The notes: generated from the letters alone by a model not told the origin. Shown: positions 47,000-57,533, counted from the first letter of the stretch. The stretch: DNA of 64,000 nucleotides from Candidatus Obscuribacteraceae bacterium (GCA_044229845.1 JBGASG010000001.1:800001-864000), one strand, 5' to 3'. Numbers and translations are program-made.

Positions 47000-48004
47000 A
47001 TGTCCGATTTCATGGACCGCTATTTGTCTTTGGAAGCCAAAGACCTGAAACCTAACGCCCCCGTCCTCGCTGACTGGAACGCACCAGTCGAGCGAACTCA
47101 GGGACGCGACCGCACTGCCCGACCGATCAACGACGCGCTGGGGCAGGCGCACAACGTGTCTTATTACGATCAGGCGCTGGACGCTAAGTTGGGGCAGTGC
47201 ACCCAGCCGACCCTGCGCATTCTCGACTTGCCGAAAGACGTCGGTGTTGGTTTCTGGAAGGACGAGAAGGGCTACTACTTCTTCTTCAAGAATGGACAGG
47301 ACAAGAACAAACCGCACTACATTCCGCCCGTGGTCAACAAAATCGAGGTGATACAGAACGGGAAGTCGTTCACTCAAGACCTCGCGCAAGTCAAGCCGGG
47401 CGTCGATCAAGCAGTGGCAGCCGCCGCCAGACCGACCGCGCCCCCGACTCCCGATGCCGGCAGAACCGGCGTTCCCGGTAAAGCCCCTGATGTTGTTGCC
47501 GGCGGACGCCCACCAGCAGGTCGAGGACTGGGCGGCGGCGTGCCCGATGCCGGAGCTGGGCCTCAGGCAGGCGGCACTTCCAAACTCGATGAGTACAACG
47601 GCAAGGGCTGGCACCAGCCTGGAAAAGTTAAGGACACCGGCGACGTCGGCACCGCGACTGCCATGGGCTTCAACCGCTGGGCGCAGCGTGGTGCCTCGGT
47701 AGGCTCTGAGTATTACTTCGGCAAGATGGCGCTGGCGAAGTCGGTCGGCATGGGCACCACAGACGCCGCCGCTCTGCTGGCAAAACGCAACGGTATCGTC
47801 GGCACATTTGCCGCCGGTGAAGTCGGCAAATATGCAATGGACAGCGTGTTCTTCCCGAACGCCAATCCTTCGCTGCGCACTTATCTGATTGACGGCGCCG
47901 CACCAGCTGTGGTGCTGACCGCCCTGCCCTGGTACGGCAAAGTGGGGGTTGTTTTGGGCGCACACCTGACGGCTCGCCTCTGGGACAAGAGCGAAGGCAG
48001 ATAG
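47000..48004 (+). CDS. Hypothetical protein with Pro/Gly linker and hydrophobic C-terminus
   Basis: 334-aa ORF with protein-like composition. Confidence 0.7.
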   Translation: MSDFMDRYLSLEAKDLKPNAPVLADWNAPVERTQGRDRTARPINDALGQAHNVSYYDQALDAKLGQCTQPTLRILDLPKDVGVGFWKDEKGYYFFFKNGQDKNKPHYIPPVVNKIEVIQNGKSFTQDLAQVKPGVDQAVAAAARPTAPPTPDAGRTGVPGKAPDVVAGGRPPAGRGLGGGVPDAGAGPQAGGTSKLDEYNGKGWHQPGKVKDTGDVGTATAMGFNRWAQRGASVGSEYYFGKMALAKSVGMGTTDAAALLAKRNGIVGTFAAGEVGKYAMDSVFFPNANPSLRTYLIDGAAPAVVLTALPWYGKVGVVLGAHLTARLWDKSEGR

Positions 48005-48066
48005 CGTCAGCGGTGCATCGCCGAACGCAGCATGATCATCAGACCTTGCTTGGCGATTGACTTGCC

Positions 48067-49062
48067 CTAGCGTTTGACTTGCTGCTGCACCGGATGCGCG
48101 CGCGGGTCGTTGCCTATAAAAGCCTCACGTTTCTTATTGGCGCCCTCCGGTATTTGACCGTCGGCCGTGCGAATGTCTTCGTGCTTGTCGTAAAACGGCT
48201 TTCCGTAATCAGAGAATTTGGCGACGTCGAAGTCGTCGTAGGCTATAAACGGCCGCAGCGCCATGCGTTCGTGCATGATCACGTCGGTTGTCTTCACTGC
48301 TCGGGGCGGCGCCTTTTTGGCGCTGGGATCTATCGCATGCGGATCGTAGAACACATCTGTGTTGTAGAGGCGGTGCGCAATTTCGTACTGAATGTCAAAG
48401 CCCTGCATGCGGCTGCGGTTGCGTTCGGCTTTGGTGTGCTGGTTGAGGTGAGCCAACTGCAATTCGCGAAACTTGGCGTCTTTCTCCGCCCTCGACAGAT
48501 TTGGGTCGATCCAGACCTCATTGAGTTGTTCGGCCAGCCCGAATTCGTTAACCAGGTCCTGCGCGTGCCAGTATCCGGGCAAGCACGTCAACACTGTGCC
48601 GTCGGCAGCCAGGATGAAGACTTGAATGTTATGCGGTCCGGCACCGTTGGTGGTGTCAATGGCGTTGCCATCCACCTGATGTTTTCCTGACGCGCCTGCG
48701 TAGCGCTTGCCGGCGATGTTGCGGTAGCCGCAGATAAACTTGTTTTTGAGACTGCTGAAGGCTGGTTCTGAGGAGAGCGACACGGCTCTCAGGCTATTGC
48801 CGGCACTTCAGGTGGCGCCGTCTATCTTGCCGACCATGTGAACCCAGAGAATCAACTTGTTTTGCTCGGCGGCCGACTTTTCAGCCTTCTTGAGATTGGT
48901 GTACCAGTCGATTTCGGTGGTCAGCTTGTGGACATTAGCCTCACAGACTTCGCCCTGCAATAGCTCTTTGGCTGCAAAGGCGGGTGAGTCCGGCGCCAAT
49001 ATGGCGGTAGCCATAACTAGGAAAAGTGCAGCAAATATGGAGAGAGGTGATTTTCTAGGCAT
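48067..49062 (-). CDS. Secreted SelN/SELENON-like thioredoxin-fold protein with in-frame UGA (probable selenocysteine) at 48808-48810
   Basis: ORFs 48808..49062 and 48067..48783 are in frame; readthrough gives LWVHMVGKIDGAT-U-SAGNSLRAVSLSSEPAFSSLKNKFICGY. Confidence 0.72.
48773..48790 (-). promoter_or_regulatory. Candidate bacterial SECIS hairpin
   Basis: GAGAGC-CGTGTC-GCTCTC; loop begins 23 nt after the UGA with G at loop position 2. Confidence 0.55.
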
Positions 49063-49205
49063 TGCGCCATTAAACCAGAGAAGTGTGAGGGAGGCGTAGG
49101 GATGTCAACTGCAGTTTATATTAAGGGTTGGCGTCTCTCTACGCAAGCCCATCCGGAAACGCCTGGTTTTGGCATATCCTGTGTACTCGGCTTTTGAGAA
49201 GAGAT

Positions 49206-49703
49206 ATGCGGCAAGCAAAGAGAACTGTTTTTGGTGGGATTGTATTAGCCATGATTTTATCGATGAGTTCGGCGCCCGACGTTGCGGTCGGCAAAGACCA
49301 GCCCTCTAAGAATCCCGGCGCACATGACGGCGTCGTCGCGTTGCTCGCAATGCAGAGCGACGCCTGGAATCAGGGAGACCTGCAGAAGTTTCTCACTGGC
49401 TATCTTGACTCGGATGAAATCAGTTTTGTCTCCGCAGGCACCGAACTGCGCGGCAACAAAGCATTGCGCGAGCGCTACGAAAAACGATACGGCAAGAGCC
49501 GTGACACGATGGGCAAGTTGAGTTTCTCTGGTCTGGAGGTCGCTGACCTGGGACGAAACAACGCCATGTGCATCGGACACTTCCTGGTCGAACGCGACAA
49601 GCAGCCGCCTCTGACCGGCATGTTCACGCTGGTCTTGACGCGCACCAAATCAGGCTGGCGCATCATCCACGACCACACATCGGTGCCGGAAGCCAAAAGC
49701 TGA
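49206..49703 (+). CDS. NTF2-like / DUF4440 (YybH-like) secreted protein
   Basis: AWNQGDL..F..GY, MGKLSF, GWRIIHDHTS. Confidence 0.88.
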   Translation: MRQAKRTVFGGIVLAMILSMSSAPDVAVGKDQPSKNPGAHDGVVALLAMQSDAWNQGDLQKFLTGYLDSDEISFVSAGTELRGNKALRERYEKRYGKSRDTMGKLSFSGLEVADLGRNNAMCIGHFLVERDKQPPLTGMFTLVLTRTKSGWRIIHDHTSVPEAKS

Positions 49704-50717
49704 TTATTCGTGCATCCAGAATAAGAACGGCACTTCGGCGATTACATGCGTCAGCGAAACAATCACGTAGATTTCGATTGTCGTGTAATAATCGAACTTG
49801 AAGCCCAGCCAGAATGCGGGAATGGCGAGCGTCGCCACGCCGACGGCAGTGCAGAGGAGCATGCGCAACCGCGACCGGTCGCGTACGACGGATAGGCGAT
49901 TAATGTTCCACTTTTGCCAGCTGCGAGTGGCAATCGGAATGGCAAATACCCAGACTCCGTAATGCACCATCTGCAAAAAGCCGTATATCGCCACGAACAT
50001 GATCGGCGATGCGCCCGGGAAAAACGATACGCCGAGATTGCTCAACGTGAGCAATCGCAAGGCAGCGGGATCGCTGGTCGAGCCATGCAGGCAGAGAGCC
50101 AGTGCCAACACCACAACCGGCACGGCTAGCAGACAACGATGGTATGTCGCCAGCCAGCCTTTGCGGCTGCGACGTAACTCGCGTTCGAGGATCCAGAGAC
50201 CGAGAAGCGGATGCAGATAGGTCAGTACAACGGTGAACATTGGTGCAGACAGGCAGTTGGACGCTGTGGTCACGAAAGCCAAAACAATATTGAGAGCAAT
50301 TGCACCACGGGTAATATCACGATATCGCAGCACCGAGAGGGACAGAATCCAGAGAATCAAAGTTTCGTTCCAGCACCACAGAAGACTTCTGGATAAGGGC
50401 GGTTGCAACCAACCGCGATCGACGGAGATAGCCAGCGCCGCTTCCGCGCAGAATAGCAGTGACACCCCTACGAACGAGGTCATGAAGAACGGCTTCAGAG
50501 GACCGAAGCGCGACGGCAGCTTAGCGAGAAAATAGCGAAACTCGGCGTAGTTGTGCGGGACGCCGAAGATAATTACGGTCCAGATGGAGAAAACCGAGGG
50601 CAATCCGGCTGCCAAAAGCGCCGAAACCGCCACCAGCAAGAGCCAGGCGCCCGCGAAGATTTGCCGTTGCGGGAGAGCGGCAGATAGGAACTTCGACTGA
50701 TACGAAACGTTTTGCAA
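49704..50717 (-). CDS. Polytopic membrane protein with conserved-looking His residues
   Basis: About 9 TM helices; FGVPHNYAE, YLHP, QMVHY, THVIAE. Confidence 0.75.
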   Translation of the reverse strand: MQNVSYQSKFLSAALPQRQIFAGAWLLLVAVSALLAAGLPSVFSIWTVIIFGVPHNYAEFRYFLAKLPSRFGPLKPFFMTSFVGVSLLFCAEAALAISVDRGWLQPPLSRSLLWCWNETLILWILSLSVLRYRDITRGAIALNIVLAFVTTASNCLSAPMFTVVLTYLHPLLGLWILERELRRSRKGWLATYHRCLLAVPVVVLALALCLHGSTSDPAALRLLTLSNLGVSFFPGASPIMFVAIYGFLQMVHYGVWVFAIPIATRSWQKWNINRLSVVRDRSRLRMLLCTAVGVATLAIPAFWLGFKFDYYTTIEIYVIVSLTHVIAEVPFLFWMHE

Positions 50718-50773
50718 GAGGCTAGAATACCTGCTTTCAAGCGCGCGAACATTAGAAGTCGAGGAAGTGGAAA

Positions 50774-51184
50774 ATGCCCAAACGCACTACCAGGAACATT
50801 GTCATCGCTGTAGTTGCAGGAGTTTTTGTTCTGGCGCTGGGCGCCGGTGCCTTCATTCTCAGCAGTGTCACGGTCATGGACGGCTCGCTGCGCGGGCGTG
50901 ACAGCGAGCGCATGCAAGAGTTAGAAGCGCGGATGGAGGCGGCAAGAGAGCAGAAGCAGGTTCTGTTTGTGGTCAGAGACATCCAAAAAGGGACGGCGAT
51001 CCAGATGGTAGATCTTGAAACGCGTTCGGTGCCGGCGGGAAAAGTTGTTTCCGGAGCATTGACGGAGCCCGAGCAAGCTGTCGGTCGACATGCCAAAGTC
51101 AATATTGCACAGGGCGAAAACCTGATCGAGGACCAACTGGAATCGCCCAAGACTCCGCCTGCAAAGAAAAATGCAAAGGATTAA
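50774..51184 (+). CDS. Membrane-anchored SAF-domain protein
   Basis: TM helix; VVRDIQKGTAI..DL...AVGRHAKVNIAQGE. Confidence 0.85.
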   Translation: MPKRTTRNIVIAVVAGVFVLALGAGAFILSSVTVMDGSLRGRDSERMQELEARMEAAREQKQVLFVVRDIQKGTAIQMVDLETRSVPAGKVVSGALTEPEQAVGRHAKVNIAQGENLIEDQLESPKTPPAKKNAKD

Positions 51185-51243
51185 TGTGCGATGACTCGGC
51201 TCTTTGTACTCTCTCACAAGGTGATTCGAACTGAGGAGGCCAT

Positions 51244-52341
51244 ATGCCCGAAGCTGTCGTTCAAAGTGGCTTAGAAGGCATCGTAGTTGCGGAAACCGAG
51301 ATTTCCGAGGTAGACGGCGAAGGCGGACGGCTGATTATTCGAGGCTTCGAGGCAGAAACGCTCGCTGAGACCTTGTCATTTGAAGAGTCTTGCTACTTGC
51401 TGTGGACAGGAAACGTTCCGGATGACGCTGCCAAGAACGAGCTTTACGAAAAGTTCGGCAACGCGCGCGCGGCGGCTTTCGACAGATTGACTCAGTTTCA
51501 AAAATTACCGGCCCAGCCGAAGGCGATGGATGCTCTGCGTACGTTCATCAGCACCTTTCCCGGCACTGCCGATAACAACATCGATGAATACATTTCATTG
51601 ACGGCTGCCACCGCGGTTTTTCTGGGCAACTGGATCAATCTGAAAGACGGACGCCCGCTGGTCGCGCCGGACGTCAAGCTGCACGGTGCAGCCGATGTTC
51701 TCAGAATGATGACCGGCAAGAAGCAAAGGGACGACTTTGCCAAAGCCCTGGATACTTACCTCACCGTCGTGTCCGACCACGGTATGAATGCTTCCACTTT
51801 CACGGCACGCGTGGTGGCATCGACCGCCTCGGACAATGTCAGCTGCGTGGTGGCGGCTATCGGTGCATTGAAAGGGCCGCTGCATGGTGGTGCGCCGGGA
51901 CCGGTTTTGAAAATGCTCTCCGCCATCGGCACTCCGGAAAAAGCCGAAGAATGGTTGTTGTCCGAACTCAAGTCGGGCCGCCGGATTATGGGAATGGGAC
52001 ATCGCATTTATCGCGTGCGCGATCCGCGTTCGTCGATTTTCGAGTCTGTGGTGGCAAAGTTGGAAAAATCCGGCACACCCGCTCCGCGTCTGGCTCTGGC
52101 TCGCGCCGTCGAGAAAACGGCTGAACGCATACTGGCTGAGCGCCATCCGGAGCGACCGCTCAAGGCCAACGTCGAGTTCTTCACAGCGGTGCTGCTCGAC
52201 ACGATCGGCATTCCTGACGACCTCTTTTCGCCGGCTTTCGCCGCCGGTCGCGTGGCGGGATGGTGCGCCCATATCAAAGAACAGCGTGCTCTCAATCGCC
52301 TGATTCGCCCCGGTTCCAAATACGTCGGCGGCTATCGCTGA
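51244..52341 (+). CDS. Citrate synthase / methylcitrate synthase family
   Basis: GLEGIV, DHGMNASTF, GPLHGGA, GMGHRIY..RDPR, ANVEF. Confidence 0.95.
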   Translation: MPEAVVQSGLEGIVVAETEISEVDGEGGRLIIRGFEAETLAETLSFEESCYLLWTGNVPDDAAKNELYEKFGNARAAAFDRLTQFQKLPAQPKAMDALRTFISTFPGTADNNIDEYISLTAATAVFLGNWINLKDGRPLVAPDVKLHGAADVLRMMTGKKQRDDFAKALDTYLTVVSDHGMNASTFTARVVASTASDNVSCVVAAIGALKGPLHGGAPGPVLKMLSAIGTPEKAEEWLLSELKSGRRIMGMGHRIYRVRDPRSSIFESVVAKLEKSGTPAPRLALARAVEKTAERILAERHPERPLKANVEFFTAVLLDTIGIPDDLFSPAFAAGRVAGWCAHIKEQRALNRLIRPGSKYVGGYR

Positions 52342-52348
52342 ACAGCCA

Positions 52349-53929
52349 ATGAACATATCGCGGCGGCAGTTTCTCAAAACAGGTGTGCTGGGGCTGTCGC
52401 TCCTATCCGCGTGCAGACGCACATTCGCGGCACCGGGAACAACAAAGAGCGCGGCGGCTCAGCCTCCGACAGAGTTGAAGATTAAAGGCGCGGTGGTCTC
52501 TCCCGGGTCGCCTCTGTACAACGAGGCGCGTCTCAACTACAACTCGCGCTTCGAGATCAAGCCGAAATCGATTGTCTATTGCCAGAGCGAAGATGACGTC
52601 AGGCAGGCGGTCAAATGGGCACGTGCCAACAAGGTACCGGTGGCGGTGCGCAGCGGCGGGCACAGCTACGAAGCATTTTCTCTCACCGGCGACGGAGCAG
52701 TGATCGACGTCAGCAATCTGGACGGCATCACAGTCAACGCTACTAAAAAGACTGCCAGGGTGCAGTCCGGCGTGCGATTGATGGAGCTGTACGAAACTCT
52801 CTGGGCGAAACGCTGTGTCGTTCCTGCCGGTTCATGTGCGACTGTCGGAGTGGCAGGACTGGCTCTCGGTGGTGGATTCGGGCTGCTGGCGCGGCGCTTC
52901 GGCTTGACCTGCGATAACCTGACCGCGTTGCGCATGGTCGATGCGAAAGGCAATGTCGTCGAGGCGAACGCCGGCAAAAACTCAGATCTGTTCTGGGCAT
53001 GCCGTGGCGGTGGCGGAGGAAACTTCGGCATCGTCACCGAGTTTACGTTTCGTTTGCAGCCGATTGGCAATGTCACCGTGTTCAGACTGAGCTGGGATTG
53101 GAAGGAAATGCCGGCCGTCATAGAAGCCTGGCAGAAATGGGCGCCCTTCACCGATGATCGCATCACCTCGGTGCTCACGCTTACTTCGAAGATGGCTTAC
53201 AGCCTGTCATGCATTGGTGTTTTTGTTGGCGGGCGCCAGGAGGCGGAGCGCTTACTCAGGCCGCTCTACACTGCCGTCAAGCCGACGCACATCTCTTATT
53301 CCGTGGTGCCTTTCATAGATGCTGCGCGTCGCTTCTCCGGATTTAAGCGCCGGCCGAACAAGCCGACAGCTCAAGCAACGGGGCAAGCGACAAAGCCGGC
53401 GGAAGAAACGGCGCCTGCGGTGCCGCCGCCCGCACCACAGACGGTGCACATTCATCCGGAGTCGCATACGCGTTTTAAGAACACATCAGACTACGTTGCG
53501 AAACCGTTGGATAAGGCTGCCATAGAGACAATAGTCAGTTTCCTCTCAGAGAGCCCCATCGACAGCAGCTGTCTGCAGCTGGACGGATATGGCGGAGCCA
53601 TCAATCGCGTGCCGGCGAGTGCCACGGCATTTTGCCATCGCGGTGACACGATGTTTTGCATGCACTATCAAGTGAGTTGGAACCATAAGTCGGACGACGA
53701 GCGCAGCATTCACTGGGTCAACGGCTTTCGCAAAGCCATGCAACCGCATGTATCAGGATTTGCGTACGTCAGTTATTGCGATCGTGAAGTCGAAGACTGG
53801 GCGCACGCTTACTACGGAGCAAACCTGTCCAGGCTGGTGTCGGTGAAGAAAAAATATGATCCCGACAATTTTTTCCACTTCGAGCAGAGCGTGCCCGTAG
53901 AGCTGCCGCCAACCGGAGTTTCGAAGTAG
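52349..53929 (+). CDS. Tat-exported FAD-linked oxidase (berberine bridge enzyme-like)
   Basis: SRRQFLK Tat motif; RSGGHSY, GGGFG, RGGGGGNFGIVT, KKYDPDNFF. Confidence 0.93.
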   Translation: MNISRRQFLKTGVLGLSLLSACRRTFAAPGTTKSAAAQPPTELKIKGAVVSPGSPLYNEARLNYNSRFEIKPKSIVYCQSEDDVRQAVKWARANKVPVAVRSGGHSYEAFSLTGDGAVIDVSNLDGITVNATKKTARVQSGVRLMELYETLWAKRCVVPAGSCATVGVAGLALGGGFGLLARRFGLTCDNLTALRMVDAKGNVVEANAGKNSDLFWACRGGGGGNFGIVTEFTFRLQPIGNVTVFRLSWDWKEMPAVIEAWQKWAPFTDDRITSVLTLTSKMAYSLSCIGVFVGGRQEAERLLRPLYTAVKPTHISYSVVPFIDAARRFSGFKRRPNKPTAQATGQATKPAEETAPAVPPPAPQTVHIHPESHTRFKNTSDYVAKPLDKAAIETIVSFLSESPIDSSCLQLDGYGGAINRVPASATAFCHRGDTMFCMHYQVSWNHKSDDERSIHWVNGFRKAMQPHVSGFAYVSYCDREVEDWAHAYYGANLSRLVSVKKKYDPDNFFHFEQSVPVELPPTGVSK

Positions 53930-53972
53930 CGCCTGAATGGGCATAAGATTATCAGCCGAGCCGGATTAGCCT

Positions 53973-56030
53973 GTGAGCGTTGAAGAAGACAGACTCGACG
54001 GACGACCAGAAGATGCGCTGGTGGGAACTTTGTTCGCCGGTTGCTATGAGATTGTCTCGGTGCTTGGGCGCGGCGGCATGAGTGTCGTCTACAAAGCTGT
54101 TTACGTGCCGCTCAATCAGTTGGTAGCGGTAAAGGTCATGCACACCCATGTGGATGACGGAGCGGCGCTGCAGCGACTGAAACGGGAAGCCCAACTGATC
54201 TCGACCCTCGACCATCCCAACATTCTGCGCGTGCTGCGCCTGCAAGTGTCTGACGAGGGCTATCCATACCTGGTCGCCGATCTGGTTGAGGGTCGGACGA
54301 TACAGAAGGTGGTGCAAGAAGATGGAACTTTCGACGAAGCCACATTTGTGCATGTCTTCACGCAGGTGATGGACGCACTCGAGCATGCACACTCACGTAG
54401 CATCGTGCACCGCGACATCAAGCCGAGCAATCTCATGCTTACCCGTGAGGAAGACGGCGAACTGCGCGTGAAAGTCGTGGACTTCGGTATTTCCAAATTG
54501 CTGATTGACTCCGCCGGTGGTGCACAGGATGTTAGCCGCGCGACATCGAGCTTTTTCGGAACTCCTGCTTACATGAGTCCTGAGCAGTGTGCAGGACGCA
54601 GCGCCGACTATCGCAGCGACATCTATTCGCTGGCTTGCGTCATGTATGAGACGCTCACCGGTGTGCCTGCGGTAAGCGGCGAGACTGCTCTCGACATTAT
54701 GTATCACCAGGTGCACGACATGCCTCGCCCGTTTAGCGATGTGCGCCCCGACCTGAAGCTGTCTCCACACATCGAGCAAGCGATTTTCACGGCGCTCAGG
54801 AAAGGTCGTAATGATCGCCCGCAGTCGATTCACGAGTTTCGCACCATGCTCAGTGGACACCTGCCGGTTGAACGTGCCATCTATCACGGACGCATGCGAC
54901 GCCTATCAAACTGGGCAGTAATAGTCGTTGGTATGGTTCTATTGATGATAGCGATAGTGTTGGGTGTGCCTTTCACTATGATGATGTCGAATGAAGCTAT
55001 GTCCTCCAGGGATTCCACGGTTCCTGTGGTTCCCAGGCTGCCTTCCACAGCTGAAGAGTGCTACAACGAAGGAATGCGCGCTCAGGTGGCGCGCGATAAC
55101 GACCTGGTGATCAGGTGTTTGCAGAGAGCCGACGAACTGGTCAAACTCGAGAAAGACAACACAAAACTGACTCCGCAGCATCAGTACGAAGTCAAAATGG
55201 TTCTTGCCCTCGCGTACCGCACGCGTCGCGACCACGCGATGGCAGATAAGTATTACGCCGATGCAGAGAAGCTTCTCAAGAATACGAAGGTAGCGGGAAT
55301 AGGCTGGCACTGGCGCGAACGCAGTGATTTTGAAGCCGAGAAGAAACAGTATCCGAAAGCAGTCGAGTATGCCAAAAAAGGTGTGGAGGCTTACGAGCAG
55401 GCTTATGCTGTCGAAGGTCATTACGAACGCGAGCAGACAGACTTGACTCAGGCATACCAAAGGCTTGGAGAGGCTTACCAAAACAACGGACAGTTTCAAG
55501 AGAGCAATACTGCGTGGCGCAAGGCTGTACAGATTGCGGACCCGATGGCGTGGGCTGGTCCCAAGTTAGAAATGAGAAGGCTGTGGTCGGAGTCGTTGAT
55601 GACTCAAAAGCGCTTCGCCGATGCGAAGAAGACGATGGACGAGTACATGAAAATTGCTCAAGGCACGTCGAAAGTCAATCTGAAATCGGAAGATGAGCTG
55701 ACGAGGGGCTATCAGACCTATGGAAGGGTGCTTGAGAAGGCAGTCAATCCTCAGTCCGCCAGACAATATTTCGCAAAAGCGGTGACGCTGGCGCGCGCCC
55801 GCTCGATGAGCAATTTTACCGAGGGTTGGTATGCACAGCTGGCAGAGGCGCTGAGCGTCCAGGCGGTCAATCTGTTTGACTGCGATCAGATTCCCGAAGC
55901 CGAGCGCGCGGCTAACGAAGCGAAAGAGTGCTGGAAGAAGTCGAATGCGACTGCAAATGAGAAGGTCAGTCTCGCTGCGATGGAGTTTGCGCGGCAGCGG
56001 GCGCTGAAGCGCGCGGCGGCGGCGCACTGA
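53973..56030 (+). CDS. Ser/Thr protein kinase with TM helix and TPR-like C-terminal domain
   Basis: GRGGMSVVY, VAVK, HRDIKPSN, DFG, YMSPE. Confidence 0.95.
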   Translation: MSVEEDRLDGRPEDALVGTLFAGCYEIVSVLGRGGMSVVYKAVYVPLNQLVAVKVMHTHVDDGAALQRLKREAQLISTLDHPNILRVLRLQVSDEGYPYLVADLVEGRTIQKVVQEDGTFDEATFVHVFTQVMDALEHAHSRSIVHRDIKPSNLMLTREEDGELRVKVVDFGISKLLIDSAGGAQDVSRATSSFFGTPAYMSPEQCAGRSADYRSDIYSLACVMYETLTGVPAVSGETALDIMYHQVHDMPRPFSDVRPDLKLSPHIEQAIFTALRKGRNDRPQSIHEFRTMLSGHLPVERAIYHGRMRRLSNWAVIVVGMVLLMIAIVLGVPFTMMMSNEAMSSRDSTVPVVPRLPSTAEECYNEGMRAQVARDNDLVIRCLQRADELVKLEKDNTKLTPQHQYEVKMVLALAYRTRRDHAMADKYYADAEKLLKNTKVAGIGWHWRERSDFEAEKKQYPKAVEYAKKGVEAYEQAYAVEGHYEREQTDLTQAYQRLGEAYQNNGQFQESNTAWRKAVQIADPMAWAGPKLEMRRLWSESLMTQKRFADAKKTMDEYMKIAQGTSKVNLKSEDELTRGYQTYGRVLEKAVNPQSARQYFAKAVTLARARSMSNFTEGWYAQLAEALSVQAVNLFDCDQIPEAERAANEAKECWKKSNATANEKVSLAAMEFARQRALKRAAAAH

Positions 56031-56039
56031 ATCTTTAAA

Positions 56040-56930
56040 TCAAGCTTTGATCGGCTCGCTCACTTTTAGGCCGCTTATCCGGCGCAGGAAGTTGTCGCTG
56101 ACTTTCAATCTAGTAGCGGCGGCATCGAATGAAGCATGCGTCCCTTTCCAGCGCAGTTCGTCGATGTCTTCGAAAACCGGTACGTCGAGGCGCAGCGTCG
56201 CGAGTTTGCGAAAGAGCAGCGCATCTTCGTAAGAGCCAAACAGTGTCGCTGCCAGTTTGGCGGCACCGCGAATCGAGGAGGGCCATTGTTTTGAGTCTTG
56301 CTGTATGTTTTCCAGGTGCTCGTAGTGTGAGAGTACTGAAGCCGTAGCCTTAGCGCCCCAGCCCGGCAATCCCGGATAACCATCGGCGGTATCACCGACC
56401 AGTGCAAGATAGTCTGGTATGGAAGCTGGTTTGACTCCGAATTTTTCGATCACCCCCGCTTCATCGCGGGTGGTATCACGCCTGCGATCCAGCTGCACGA
56501 CGCGCGTGCCGACGACACATTGGCTCAGGTCTTTGTCGGGAGTGCAGATCACAACCCGATCCACTCTGTTGTTAAGGGCAGCCTTGGCGGCTGCTGCAGC
56601 CAGGGCATCGTCTGCCTCGAATTCCACCATCGGCCACACTAAGACACCCATTGCTTGCAGGGCCTCTTCCAGAATTGGGAACTGCGACTTCAACTCATGC
56701 TCGATGCCATCGCCGGTTTTGTAGTATGGATACAGGTCGTTGCGGAACGACTCGATGACATGATCTGTGGCTACTGCGATGTGAGTGGCACCCTGCTCCA
56801 GCATCGTCAGCACGGACGTGAGCACGCCGCGCACGGCGCTAATTTCTTCGCCGGCAGCGTTGGTGGCACCGGGAACTGCAAAGTAGTGCCGAAATAATTC
56901 ATAGGTCCCGTCGACTAAATATACGTCCAT
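56040..56930 (-). CDS. 5'-3' exonuclease / flap endonuclease
   Basis: LVDG, YKTG, EADD, DKD, LVGDTADGYPGLPGWGAK (H3TH). Confidence 0.93.
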   Translation of the reverse strand: MDVYLVDGTYELFRHYFAVPGATNAAGEEISAVRGVLTSVLTMLEQGATHIAVATDHVIESFRNDLYPYYKTGDGIEHELKSQFPILEEALQAMGVLVWPMVEFEADDALAAAAAKAALNNRVDRVVICTPDKDLSQCVVGTRVVQLDRRRDTTRDEAGVIEKFGVKPASIPDYLALVGDTADGYPGLPGWGAKATASVLSHYEHLENIQQDSKQWPSSIRGAAKLAATLFGSYEDALLFRKLATLRLDVPVFEDIDELRWKGTHASFDAAATRLKVSDNFLRRISGLKVSEPIKA

Positions 56931-56981
56931 GCCCAAGTCTTCTCAATAAGTGCTCGGGGGATCGTACACCATCAGCACCCA

Positions 56982-57464
56982 TCAGTCATCGGGCGGCTCA
57001 TGCCTGTCATCGGGCCCGCGGCGGCGGCCGCCTTCCAGACCCAGGAAGTGCTTGATTGCCTTCATTCGCATTGCTTTGCGTTGCACCGGTGACAGGACTT
57101 CCGCGAACGAGATGACGCGCTCGAGAAACTCATCTCCTGCCTGAATCTTCAGAGCTTGAATCTGCTTGCCAATCTCTTTGATTTTTGCTTTATCGAGCTG
57201 TTCTTTGCTCAGTTCTTTGACTATGTCCTTCATCAACGCACCCATGGACAGTTTCATCTGCAGATGTTGCGCCATGCCTGACATTTTTAATTCAGCAATT
57301 TTTTCCAGTTGCTCATCGTTCAAGTTGAGGTCGCGCAGCATGCCGCCGGGTCCTCCGAATCGGTGCATCATCCTGGCGAACGGAGGCGGACCAAACCCAC
57401 CGCCGCCAAAGCCACCCGGTCCACTGCCGCCCCGCTTGTCGCAGCCGCCGCCAAATCCAAACAT
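56982..57464 (-). CDS. Spy/CpxP-like helical protein
   Basis: LNLNDEQ and VLSPVQR (LTxxQ-type motifs). Confidence 0.75.
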   Translation of the reverse strand: MFGFGGGCDKRGGSGPGGFGGGGFGPPPFARMMHRFGGPGGMLRDLNLNDEQLEKIAELKMSGMAQHLQMKLSMGALMKDIVKELSKEQLDKAKIKEIGKQIQALKIQAGDEFLERVISFAEVLSPVQRKAMRMKAIKHFLGLEGGRRRGPDDRHEPPDD

Positions 57465-57506
57465 CTAGTAGTCCCCCGTGGTGCACCGCGTCGTTCCTTC
57501 TAATCT

Positions 57507-57533
57507 ATACGTTTGATGCCGCAAAAAAGTTCA
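57507..57533 (-). promoter_or_regulatory. Candidate ECF-sigma promoter (TGAAC-N17-CGTAT)
   Basis: Minus strand tgaacttttttgcggcatcaaacgtat upstream of the Spy/CpxP-like gene. Confidence 0.45.
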
